64,000 bases of DNA from an uncultured Candidatus Binatia bacterium (GTDB taxonomy: Bacteria > Desulfobacterota > Binatia > UBA9968 > JAJDTQ01). This document shows positions 31,432-40,409 of this stretch, in pieces; position 1 is the first letter of the stretch; the number at the start of each line of letters is the position of its first letter. The stretch is from the NCBI GenBank assembly GCA_965215605.1, contig OZ244070.1, positions 192,001 through 256,000 on the forward strand, read 5' to 3'. The notes beneath the pieces were generated by a model that was not told the DNA's origin, did not search any database, and worked only from the letters and a program-made list of their open reading frames with translations. The position numbers and the translations under genes are program-made.

Positions 31432-31448
31432 TAGAGCGGGCGGACGTG

Positions 31449-31664
31449 TCAGAACGGCTTGTTGAAGAAGGGTTTCCCCTCGCGCATCCGGAAGATCCCC
31501 ACGAAGCCCAGCAGTCCGCCGATGAAGCCGCCCAGAAAGATCACGGTGGCCACGAAATCGGTCATGGAACCCGGCGCCAGGAGCGCGTACACGACCGCCC
31601 GGGCCACGAGTCCGACGACGAGCGCCGCCACCAGCCCGACCGCGGTGAGGGTCCTGTACTTCAT
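31449..31664 (-). CDS. Small 2-TM hypothetical membrane protein
   Basis: 71 aa, GGAGGAG RBS, two hydrophobic segments. Confidence 0.6.
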   Translation of the reverse strand: MKYRTLTAVGLVAALVVGLVARAVVYALLAPGSMTDFVATVIFLGGFIGGLLGFVGIFRMREGKPFFNKPF

Positions 31665-31815
31665 CGACGCGACTCCTCCAAAGCCCCTCCGATGCTGTCC
31701 AAGGCAACGTTGACAGCGGTTGCAGGATTGCATACCCTCGTTGGCCGTTGCAACTCGTTGCCGCGGGTTCGGGACCAGCCGAGGCCGCCATCAGTGTCAT
31801 GGAGGATGCCCGGAC

Positions 31816-32439
31816 ATGGAAAACGACAAGCCCAATGCCCTTGAACGGTTCGTCGACAAGACCCGCGCGCTGTTCGCGGCGGAACCGGAACTGGACAAGC
31901 GCTGGACCGCGCTGGAGCCGGTGCTGGCGGAACTGTTGACCGATCCCGAGGTGCTGGAGGCCTCCAGAAAATGGCCCGACTGCGTGCCCCGGGACGGCCG
32001 CGCCGAGAACCTGCTCTTCTACGAGGACCCCGACTACGGCTTCGCCGTCAACGGCCTGACCAAGGGCGCGTCCCGCCAGGGTGTGCGCGCGCGCATCCAC
32101 GATCACGCGCACATCTACACCCTCTACGGCGTCCTGGACGGCCACGAACGCATCGAACGGTATGACCGGCTCGACGACCGCTCGAAACCCGATTACGCCG
32201 AAATCCGGCTGGCCAGCGACAAGCAGGTGGGGCCGGGGGAGATCGACTTGGTCCGGCCCTACGAGGTGCACACGGAGAATACCGTGGGCGAGCGGACCGT
32301 GGCCGTCATCATCCGGAGCCAGAAAGGCGGCAGCTTCAACCAGGGCCGCTACAAGCCCGAGACCAACGAGTACTACGAGAGCCTCGGCCCGCGTCAGACG
32401 CCGGTGGAGATGCTTCCCGCAAGAACCGCCGGCGCGTGA
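31816..32439 (+). CDS. Cysteine-dioxygenase-like cupin
   Basis: LFYEDPDYGF, IHDH, YGVLDG.E..ERY, EVHTE (3-His-type cupin). Confidence 0.7.
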   Translation: MENDKPNALERFVDKTRALFAAEPELDKRWTALEPVLAELLTDPEVLEASRKWPDCVPRDGRAENLLFYEDPDYGFAVNGLTKGASRQGVRARIHDHAHIYTLYGVLDGHERIERYDRLDDRSKPDYAEIRLASDKQVGPGEIDLVRPYEVHTENTVGERTVAVIIRSQKGGSFNQGRYKPETNEYYESLGPRQTPVEMLPARTAGA

Positions 32440-32442
32440 CGC

Positions 32443-34194
32443 ATGGACGCCATCAAGCTCGAGGTCATCTACAACGCCACCAACCAGATCGCGTACGAGC
32501 TGACGCAGAAGCTCATGCGCAACGGCTACTCGTCCATCGTCAAGGAGAGCCAGGACCTGGCCCTGAGCATCTGCGACAGTCAGGGACGGAACGTCGGACA
32601 ATACTCGCCCAACCCGGTGGGACTGGGGGTGGTGGGTTCCCAGCTCAAGGGTATCCTGCAGGACTTCACCGGGGCCATCGGCGAGGGCGACACCTTCATC
32701 CTGAACCACCCCTACCGCTACTGCCAGAACCACCCCAGCGACGTCACGCTCATTTCTCCGGTGTTCCACGACGGGCGGCTCGTCGCTTTCGTCGGCAACA
32801 CGGCCCACAAGCCGGACATCGGCGGCAAGGTGCCCGGCACCAACGCCGGCGACGCCACCGAGGTGTTCCAGGAGGGGCTGCTGATACCGCCCATCAAGCT
32901 CTACGCGGAGGGTATCCTCAACGAGGCGGTGAAAGAGCTTATATGTGCCAACACCCGCATCCCGGAAGTCACCTGGGGCGACATCCGCGCGCAGGTGACG
33001 GCGAACCTCCACGGCATCGAGCGGCTCGCCGCGCTGGTGGACCGCTTCGGCCTGGACGACGTGCTCGCCTGCTGGGAGGAGCGCATCGCCATCACCGAGC
33101 GGGAACTGCGCTCGCGCATCGCGGCCATGCCGCCGGGAACCTACGGCCCGGTCACCGACTACATCGACGACGACGGCGTGGAGCTGGACCAGCCCTTGGC
33201 GGTCACGGCAGCGCTGCACGTGCGCGGCGACGAACTGGAGTTCGAGTTCGCCTCCGCCAAACAGTCCCGGGGCCCGCTGAACCTGCGCCCCTGCGTCGTA
33301 CGGGCGGTGGCGGAGTACTGCGTGCAGGCCGCCATCGGACCGGACCTGCCCAAGAACCAGGGCTGCTCCGCGCCCATCCGCATCACCCTCCCCGCCCCCG
33401 GACACCTGCTGAACCCCGAGTTCCCGGCCGCGGTGAACATGTACGCCACCACCTGCCACCGGCTGGCGCCCGTAATCATGATGGTACTGGCCCAGGCCCT
33501 GCCGGACCGGGTGGCCGCGCCCCAGAGCAGCTCCGGCGGCGCGGTTTCCTTCAACGGCCTGGAGCCGGGCGGCGGTCGGCGCTACTCGCAGTACGAGATC
33601 CTGTGGGGAGGCTACGGCGCCCGGCCCGGCAAGGACGGCGTCAGCGGATGCGCCGCCGACATCAGCAACGTGATGAGCACGCCGGTGGAAGCGCTGGAAA
33701 ACGAGTTCCCGGTGCGGATGCAATGCTTTGAGATCAACCCCGATTCCGCCGGGGCGGGAAAGTACCGGGGCGGCCTGGGGATTCGGCGCGCCTGGCAGGT
33801 GCTGAACGACGACGTCACCCTCAACCTGCGGCTGGACCGCTTCAAGTTTTCCTCGCCGGGCCTGTTCGGCGCCCGCCCCAGCGCCCCGGCGCGCTGCACC
33901 CTCAATCCCGGCACCCCGGACGCGCGCCCGCTCCACTCCAAGGCCGCCAACATCCGGCTGGCCAAGGGTGACACCCTGTTGCTGGAGTTGGGCGGCGGCG
34001 GCGGCTGGGGCGATCCCATGACGCGGGAGCCGGAGCACGTGCTGGACGACGTGCGCAACGGTTACGTATCGCCGGAAACGGCGCGGGACGTGTACGGCGT
34101 CGTCATCGACCCCGCCACCCTGACCGTCGACACGGCGGCCACGGAACGGCAACGCGAGGAAACAGGCGGTCGCCTTGCTGCGCATAGGGATTGA
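32443..34194 (+). CDS. Hydantoinase B/oxoprolinase family protein
   Basis: SSIVKESQD, NHPY..NHPSD, HKPDIGG, FQEGLLIPP, GGGGGWGDP. Confidence 0.92.
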   Translation: MDAIKLEVIYNATNQIAYELTQKLMRNGYSSIVKESQDLALSICDSQGRNVGQYSPNPVGLGVVGSQLKGILQDFTGAIGEGDTFILNHPYRYCQNHPSDVTLISPVFHDGRLVAFVGNTAHKPDIGGKVPGTNAGDATEVFQEGLLIPPIKLYAEGILNEAVKELICANTRIPEVTWGDIRAQVTANLHGIERLAALVDRFGLDDVLACWEERIAITERELRSRIAAMPPGTYGPVTDYIDDDGVELDQPLAVTAALHVRGDELEFEFASAKQSRGPLNLRPCVVRAVAEYCVQAAIGPDLPKNQGCSAPIRITLPAPGHLLNPEFPAAVNMYATTCHRLAPVIMMVLAQALPDRVAAPQSSSGGAVSFNGLEPGGGRRYSQYEILWGGYGARPGKDGVSGCAADISNVMSTPVEALENEFPVRMQCFEINPDSAGAGKYRGGLGIRRAWQVLNDDVTLNLRLDRFKFSSPGLFGARPSAPARCTLNPGTPDARPLHSKAANIRLAKGDTLLLELGGGGGWGDPMTREPEHVLDDVRNGYVSPETARDVYGVVIDPATLTVDTAATERQREETGGRLAAHRD

Positions 34195-36199
34195 CACCGG
34201 CGGCACGTTCACCGACCTGAGCGTGTTCGACGAAGACGACGGACGGGTCTGCTTCACCTGGAAGCTGCCCTCGCAACCGCGGAATCCCACCGAAGCCATC
34301 GTGGCGGGGCTCCGCGAGATCGCCGCCCGGCTGCCGGAGAAGGCTCGTTACGTCCTCCACGGCACCACCATCGGCCTCAACACGCTGCTGGAAGGCCGCG
34401 AGCCGGCGCCGGGCCTCCTGGTCACCGAAGGGTTCCGCGACATCCTGGAGCTGGACCGGCAATGGCGCGGCGAGCAGGTATACAACCTGCTGTTCGACCG
34501 CCCGCGGCAACTCGTGCCCCGGCACCTGGTGCGCCCGGTGCGGGAACGCGTGGACTCCCGCGGCCGGGAGGTGCTGCCCCTGGATGTCGAGCAAGCCCGA
34601 GCCGGCGTGAAGGAGCTTCTGGACGCGGGGGTGCGGTCGGTGGCCGTGAGCCTGCTCTTCTCCTTCGCCGACCCCGGGCACGAAAGGCAGCTCCGGGCGA
34701 TCCTCGAAGAGCTGGCCCCGGACGTCTACGTGACCTTGTCGTCCGAGGTGGACCCGCAGTTCCGGGAGTTCGAGCGCACCAGCACCGCGGTGGTCAACGC
34801 GTTCATCGGCCCCCGGGTCAGCAGTTACGTGGGCACCATCGAAGCCGCCATCGCCGACGTGCTAGAAGGCGCCCGGGTGCTGATCATGCAATCCAACGGG
34901 GGCGTGGCCACGCCCCCGGTCATCGCCCGGGCGCCGGTGCAGACACTCATGTCAGGGCCGGTGGCCGGGGTGGTGGGGACCCAGCGGCTGTGCCGGGAGA
35001 TGGGCCGCGCCAACGCCATCTCCCTGGACATCGGCGGCACGAGCTGCGACATGTCGGTGATCCCCGGTGAGCTTCTGACCGCGCCCCAGAGCAAGGTGGC
35101 GGGCTACACCGTGCGGGCCGCCACCGTCGACATCGAAACCATCGGCAGCGGCGGCGGCAGCATCGCCCGTGTGGAGTCCGGCCGCATCCTCAAGGTCGGG
35201 CCGCAGAGTGCCGGCGCGGTGCCCGGCCCCGCGTGTTACGGCGCCGGCGACCAGCCCACCCTGACCGACGCCCTGGTGGTGCTGGGACACCTGAACCACG
35301 AGGCGCTGCTGAACGGCGCCATGCCCATCAAGGCCGCCGCCGCCCGCAACGCCATTGCCGGCGCCATCGCCAAGCCGCTGGAAATGACGCCCGAGCGGGC
35401 CGCCGCCGGCATCGTCGAGGTGCTGGCCGCCCAGGTGGCCATGTCCATGCGTTCGGTCACCATCGAGAAGGGCTACGACCCCAGGGACTTCATCCTGGTG
35501 GCCTACGGCGGCGCCGGACCCACGGTGGCCTGCCCCATCGCCCGGGAGTTGGAGATCCCGGAGATCTGCATCCCGCGGGACCCGGGCAACTTCTGCGCCG
35601 CCGGCATGCTGCTCACGGACCTGATCCGAAGCCACTCCATCACCCGCATCGGCGCGCTGGACAAGACCCCGGAGAGCGCCATCCGCGAAGCGCTGAAGGA
35701 ACTCCGCGACAGGGGCGTCCGGGAACTTGAGGAGCAAGGCGTGAGCCCGGACCGCATCGAAACCGAATACTTCCTCGACATGCGCTATCCCGGGCAATCC
35801 TATGAAGTCACGGTGCCGGCGAAGGAAACCCGCAAGGAGGATCTCACCCGGCTCTTCCACGAGGCCCACGGGCGGCTGTACGGCCACACCGCGGAGGATG
35901 AGTCCCTGGAGATCGTCACCTACCGCGCGCGTTGCACCGGACGCCTGCCCAACATGACCTTCGCCGCCGCACCCTCGGCCAACAGCGCGGCGCAGCCCGA
36001 GAGCCGACGGTCCGCGCTCTTCCCGGGCGCTGACGCTCCGTTGGAGGCGCCCGTCTACCGCCGGGCCGACCTCGCCCACGGCTTCCGCATCCCCGGCCCG
36101 GCCATCGTCGAGGAATACACCTCCACCACCGTCGTCTACCCCTCCTTCGAGCTGTCCGTGGACGGCCGCGGGAATCTCAGGCTGCAGAGCGCCGCGTAG
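34175..36199 (+). CDS. Hydantoinase A/oxoprolinase family protein
   Basis: GIDTGGTFTD, HGTT, EFERTSTA, SGPVAGV, DIGGTSCD, GPQSAGAVPGPACYG. Confidence 0.93.
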   Translation: MLRIGIDTGGTFTDLSVFDEDDGRVCFTWKLPSQPRNPTEAIVAGLREIAARLPEKARYVLHGTTIGLNTLLEGREPAPGLLVTEGFRDILELDRQWRGEQVYNLLFDRPRQLVPRHLVRPVRERVDSRGREVLPLDVEQARAGVKELLDAGVRSVAVSLLFSFADPGHERQLRAILEELAPDVYVTLSSEVDPQFREFERTSTAVVNAFIGPRVSSYVGTIEAAIADVLEGARVLIMQSNGGVATPPVIARAPVQTLMSGPVAGVVGTQRLCREMGRANAISLDIGGTSCDMSVIPGELLTAPQSKVAGYTVRAATVDIETIGSGGGSIARVESGRILKVGPQSAGAVPGPACYGAGDQPTLTDALVVLGHLNHEALLNGAMPIKAAAARNAIAGAIAKPLEMTPERAAAGIVEVLAAQVAMSMRSVTIEKGYDPRDFILVAYGGAGPTVACPIARELEIPEICIPRDPGNFCAAGMLLTDLIRSHSITRIGALDKTPESAIREALKELRDRGVRELEEQGVSPDRIETEYFLDMRYPGQSYEVTVPAKETRKEDLTRLFHEAHGRLYGHTAEDESLEIVTYRARCTGRLPNMTFAAAPSANSAAQPESRRSALFPGADAPLEAPVYRRADLAHGFRIPGPAIVEEYTSTTVVYPSFELSVDGRGNLRLQSAA

Positions 36200-36205
36200 A
36201 CAGCG

Positions 36206-36460
36206 TCAATAGTGATAGCGGCACTGGGCGATCATCACCGACTCGCTTTCCACCTTGTAGACGAGCCGGTGCTCATCGTTGATGCGGCGCGACCAGTAGC
36301 CGGCCAGGCCATGTTTCAGGGGTTCGGGTTTACCGATGCCTTCAAACGGTGAGCGGAGAATCTCCCGGATCAGCAGGTTGGCCCGGTTGAGCAATTTTCG
36401 GTCCGTCTTCTGCCAGTGGAGGTAATCGTCCCACGCGTCCTGGGAGAATATCAACCTCAC
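36206..36460 (-). CDS. yoeB: Txe/YoeB family mRNA interferase toxin
   Basis: AWDDYLHWQ, PFEGIGKPEPLK, WSRRINDEHRLVY, CRYHY. Confidence 0.95.
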   Translation of the reverse strand: MRLIFSQDAWDDYLHWQKTDRKLLNRANLLIREILRSPFEGIGKPEPLKHGLAGYWSRRINDEHRLVYKVESESVMIAQCRYHY

Positions 36461-36708
36461 TCGATGAGTTCTCTCGCCGTGCCCCCAACGGATTCGAGCT
36501 CGGCGATGGACTTCAGAAGACGCCGCGCGTTTCTCGGGCCGTGGAGAAGGTAGGCGGTTTCCTCCAACGCATGATAGTCCTCCAAGGACATCATCACCAC
36601 GGATCGGTTGTTATTTCGAGTGATGACCACCGGCGCATGGTCGTCGCAGACCTTCTCCATGGTCTTGGCGAGCCGTGCCCTGGCGTCAGAGTATGCGATC
36701 GTATCCAT
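36457..36708 (-). CDS. yefM: Phd/YefM antitoxin
   Basis: YSDARARLA, PVVITR, MSLEDY.ALEETAYLL..P.NARRL. Confidence 0.95.
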   Translation of the reverse strand: MDTIAYSDARARLAKTMEKVCDDHAPVVITRNNNRSVVMMSLEDYHALEETAYLLHGPRNARRLLKSIAELESVGGTARELIE

Positions 36709-36725
36709 GGCGCCCCTTCAGTAAA

Positions 36726-36745
36726 TTGTACAGTAAATAGTACAA
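36726..36745 (-). promoter_or_regulatory. Putative YefM-YoeB operator
   Basis: TTGTACAGTAAATAGTACAA immediately upstream of yefM; GTACA repeats 12 bp apart as in known yefM-yoeB operators. Confidence 0.65.
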
Positions 36746-36798
36746 CCATCACGTGCCGGTCGCAAGCAAGGGCGGCAGACCACCCGTGTGCCCCGGCA

Positions 36799-37356
36799 TC
36801 AGTTGAACTGGATCATGTCGAGCCGGGTGAACTTCATGCGGTCGGCGGCGCCGGCGGGGATGACGCTGAGCTGGTGGATGGCGTACTCGTGCTCGTAGGT
36901 GCTCTTGGCGTTGACGCCGTCCAGCGGGATGATGACGTTGTAGCGGTGAACGCGCGCGGCGGCGGTGGCGGTGTAGAGCACGGCGACGTTGGTGAGGGAG
37001 CCGGTCACGATGAGGTTCTCGGCGCCGGCGCCGCTGAGGATCGCCCGGAGCTCGCCGCCGGCGAACTTGTCGAAGGCGTCGGGATAGAGCACGGGCTCGG
37101 TTTCCCGGCGCTTGAGGGGCGCCGCCGCCTCGCCCAAGGGCGTGCCCCTGAATTGCAGCGAGATGGTGAACACCACGGGGACGGAGGCCTCCCGGACCCG
37201 CTCCAGGAAACCGCCCAGCGGCTCCATCAACTGCGAGCAGACATCCTCCGGGTCCTGGCACCGTGCGTTCAGGTCGAGCACCACCACGGCGGTCTTGGCC
37301 GCGTCGAGCGAGACGGGTTTCGGTTCGGGCCGGTTGGGGCCGGTGATTTCGGTCAT
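36799..37356 (-). CDS. Isochorismatase/cysteine hydrolase family protein (catalytic Cys absent)
   Basis: TAVVVLD, DKF, LIVTGSLTNVAVLYTA (Ala where Cys is usual). Confidence 0.75.
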   Translation of the reverse strand: MTEITGPNRPEPKPVSLDAAKTAVVVLDLNARCQDPEDVCSQLMEPLGGFLERVREASVPVVFTISLQFRGTPLGEAAAPLKRRETEPVLYPDAFDKFAGGELRAILSGAGAENLIVTGSLTNVAVLYTATAAARVHRYNVIIPLDGVNAKSTYEHEYAIHQLSVIPAGAADRMKFTRLDMIQFN

Positions 37357-37405
37357 GGGTTTCCTTTCCTCGATTCGTGTGACGCCCTCTACCCCTCTGT
37401 CCCGG

Positions 37406-39253
37406 CTAATCCGCGACCCGGCGTTGGCGCAGCCGCTCACGCAACCCGTGGGTCGCGGCCTCGTCGACCTTCAAGGTCCCCTCTTCCATCACCACGCCGT
37501 AGATCTCCTCGGCAACGCCCGTGGACACCCGCTCGTTCAACACGCTCTCCGCCACCGTTTCCGGGTCCCGGTCCAGCGGGTCGCCGTAGCCGCCGCCGCT
37601 CCCCAGCCGCAGGTAGAGCACGTCATCCTTGCCGATCTCGAACTCGCAGTAGGGCAGCAGCCGCCTCTCGCCTTCCAGAACGGGGATGTCGTCGATGCAC
37701 CGGTGAGCGGCCAGCAACTCGTTGACGCGCGTCCCTTCGAGCAACACCAACAGGCTCGGTGCGCCGGGGTAGCCGCCGAACATGCCCACGCCGGAGTTCC
37801 TCAGGCCTGCCACCCCGAAGGCCACGCCGCGGATCTTGTCCTCCGGTGCGTCGTGAAGCTTCACGGTGGCTTCCACTCCCACGCCGCCGGCGAACCTGCC
37901 GGCGCCGCCGCCGTCCTTCAGGTGGCGGCGGAAGAGGTACATGAGCGGGAAGTTCAGCTCGAGCCACTCGACGTTGTGGCACGTGAGGTAGCCGCCGGAA
38001 TCGATGCCGTCGCCGTGGGGGCTGGCGCCGGAGCCGCTCAACTCCAGCAGCGTGGAGACGTAGAAACGGCCGTACTGGTTGGCGCCGGCGTGGCGCACGA
38101 CGCGGAACCCCAGGGTCAGGGCCGTGACCTCGTCCTTCCAGCTCTCGCTGCCCGCGAGCATCTGGGCCAGCACCGAGGCGGACACGTAGGAGACCGTCTT
38201 GAGCCCCGAGGTGGTGTTCATGGACACGGGCCCGGGATACTGCACGTTCACAACGGTGCCCTCCGGCGCGATGACCTCGATGGGGCCGAAGGCGCCGTAG
38301 TTCTTGGGAAGGTCATAGCCCAGCGCGGTGAGCACCGCCTCGAAGACCCCGCCGAAGGTGGCGTGGTACGGCAGGTTGATGCCCTGGCGCGCCTGCGTGT
38401 CGCTGCCGGTGAAGTCGAAAGTCATGCGGTCGCCGCGCTTGCGCAGCTCGACGCACACCCGGCGGGTCTCGTTGGCGACGATGGTGCCCTCGTCGCGCCA
38501 GGTGCCGTCTGGTATCTCCCGGAGACGCTTCCCCAGGACATCCCGGGAGTAGCGGATCATTTCGGCGGACACCGCGGTGATGAGATCCGGGCCGTACTGC
38601 GCGAACATCTCCTCCATGCGCGAGCGGGCAACGTTGTTGGCCGCCAGCTCGCACTTGAGGTCCAGTCCCACCAGCACCGGCTGCCGGGTCATGTTGATGA
38701 GGGTGTCGAAGACGTCCTGGCGCATCCGGCCCCGCTCCACCAGCTTGAGGCCGGGTATCCTGAGCCCCTCGTGGCAGATCTCGGTGGCGCCGGGCGAGTT
38801 GCCGCCCGGCGACATGGCGCCGATGTCCATGACGTGGACGAAGGTGGCGCTCCAGGCCATCAGCCGGTCCTCATGGTGAATCGGCGCGATCATGTAGATG
38901 TCGGACTGGTGGATGGCGGCGAGATAGGGATCGTTGAGCAGGAAGACGTCGCCGGGATAGATCCCGCCGTTCTCTTCGAAGCGCTCGATGATCCGCTTGA
39001 CCGCGAACCCGGCGCAGGCGGCGTGCCGGATCATCGACTCGCCCACCGACAGCACGTCACCGCTGGCCATGTAGAGGGACGCCATGTAGTCGTGGAGCTG
39101 GGTGGTGTTCACCGTCCCGCCCACGCGCTCCAGGGTGGCGCCCATCTCGCGCGTGATCTCGTGGAGCCGGTGCGAGAGGATCTCGAAGGTGACGGGGTCC
39201 AACTGCCTGCCCGCGGCGTCCGTCGTGTCCCTCGCGTCCATTGTCGCGTCCAT
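37406..39253 (-). CDS. Hydantoinase B/oxoprolinase family protein
   Basis: LDPVTFEIL, NDPYLAAIHQSD, HVMDIGAMSPG, EGLRIP, GSGGGYGDPLDRDP. Confidence 0.92.
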   Translation of the reverse strand: MDATMDARDTTDAAGRQLDPVTFEILSHRLHEITREMGATLERVGGTVNTTQLHDYMASLYMASGDVLSVGESMIRHAACAGFAVKRIIERFEENGGIYPGDVFLLNDPYLAAIHQSDIYMIAPIHHEDRLMAWSATFVHVMDIGAMSPGGNSPGATEICHEGLRIPGLKLVERGRMRQDVFDTLINMTRQPVLVGLDLKCELAANNVARSRMEEMFAQYGPDLITAVSAEMIRYSRDVLGKRLREIPDGTWRDEGTIVANETRRVCVELRKRGDRMTFDFTGSDTQARQGINLPYHATFGGVFEAVLTALGYDLPKNYGAFGPIEVIAPEGTVVNVQYPGPVSMNTTSGLKTVSYVSASVLAQMLAGSESWKDEVTALTLGFRVVRHAGANQYGRFYVSTLLELSGSGASPHGDGIDSGGYLTCHNVEWLELNFPLMYLFRRHLKDGGGAGRFAGGVGVEATVKLHDAPEDKIRGVAFGVAGLRNSGVGMFGGYPGAPSLLVLLEGTRVNELLAAHRCIDDIPVLEGERRLLPYCEFEIGKDDVLYLRLGSGGGYGDPLDRDPETVAESVLNERVSTGVAEEIYGVVMEEGTLKVDEAATHGLRERLRQRRVAD

Positions 39254-39377
39254 TGGATTCCCGGGCGTCCGATTCCCCTTGCCCGGTATTTCCGGGCCGT
39301 TGACCCCCGCCTCCCCGTTCTGTAACACTCGAACCATTGAACGGTCGCACAGAGGAAAGGGCCGCGAGGGGCATTCG

Positions 39378-40409
39378 ATGGATTTCGAATTTCATTACTA
39401 TATGACTTACCTGATCGCCGCCAGAGCGGGCTTCGATCCTGACAACGCCCGTTTGCTGGCCCATTCCTCGCAGTTCATCGACGACAACGACATGGTCTTC
39501 GAGATCGACAAGGGAAAGAGCTCCGCGTACGGCAACTACATCAGTCAGACCATGAACATCCTCAAGCCGAAGCGGGAGCTGTTTCGCATCTACCCGCTCT
39601 TCCACTTCATTCCCGGAGACCCCAAGGCCAGGACCGCGTGGCGCAAGGACGGCAAGATGCACTGGCTGTGCACGACACCCGACAGCCGGAACGCGAACGC
39701 CATCATGGACGATGCGCTCAGGTCGAGGAACGTCTATCGGATCGGGATCGCGGCCCACGGATACGCCGACACCTGGGCGCATCAGAACTTCACCGGCTAC
39801 TACGAGGATTTCAACGCCATGAACACGGGCCTCGGCCTCATCACCCCCAACATCGGACACGCGGACGCCGGGCACAACCCGGATTGGCCCGCCCTGCGCT
39901 GGCGCGATCCGCGGCTGTTGAGCGAGGCGGTGGACAACAAGGCGCGTTTCCTGGCCGCGGCGCGGCGCCTGTACGAAAAATTCGCCGGATTCGTCGACCC
40001 CAGGATATCCGACGCGGTTCTCAAGCGGACGCAGCGCGCGCTGTCACGCGATCTCGCGAAGGCCATCGGCGGGCGGGACCAAACGAACGGCCACTCTTCG
40101 ACACGCGTGTCGCGCTATCTGGAGTTGGCCAAACGCCCTGACTACGGCGGACGCGACTTGCCCGAGTACGACGAAGACCACTGGTTCGGCGAGGCGGTGA
40201 ACGAAGACGTGCGCGGCCTTCGCGACCGCAACGACAACGTTCTCTTGCGCTTCGACCCGTTGACGGACAGGTACACGTGGAAGTCCGGCCAACGTCACAA
40301 ACTCACCCACTGGTATCGGTTCCAGGAGGCCATCAAGACCCAGCAGGAGCATGCGTGGGCCATCTTGCGACGCTCCAATCTCAGGGGTCTCGCGTTGGGA
40401 AACTGGTGA
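39378..40409 (+). CDS. DUF6765-like hypothetical protein (His/Asp-rich putative metallohydrolase)
   Basis: MDFEFHYYMTY..A..AGF, SSQFIDDN, FHFIPGD, GIAAHGYADTWAHQNFTG, IGHADAGHNPD. Confidence 0.65.
   Translation: MDFEFHYYMTYLIAARAGFDPDNARLLAHSSQFIDDNDMVFEIDKGKSSAYGNYISQTMNILKPKRELFRIYPLFHFIPGDPKARTAWRKDGKMHWLCTTPDSRNANAIMDDALRSRNVYRIGIAAHGYADTWAHQNFTGYYEDFNAMNTGLGLITPNIGHADAGHNPDWPALRWRDPRLLSEAVDNKARFLAAARRLYEKFAGFVDPRISDAVLKRTQRALSRDLAKAIGGRDQTNGHSSTRVSRYLELAKRPDYGGRDLPEYDEDHWFGEAVNEDVRGLRDRNDNVLLRFDPLTDRYTWKSGQRHKLTHWYRFQEAIKTQQEHAWAILRRSNLRGLALGNW

Noticed and set aside
31201-34299. 1032-aa - strand ORF and other long antisense ORFs (e.g. 46063-49038, 37112-39325, 40351-42543)
   Set aside because: Shadow frames of real genes in high-GC DNA; no recognisable motifs.
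39232-39255. 12-bp tandem duplication at the hydB start (MDATMDAR)
   Set aside because: Two copies only; plausible slippage, not flanking an element as a target-site duplication.
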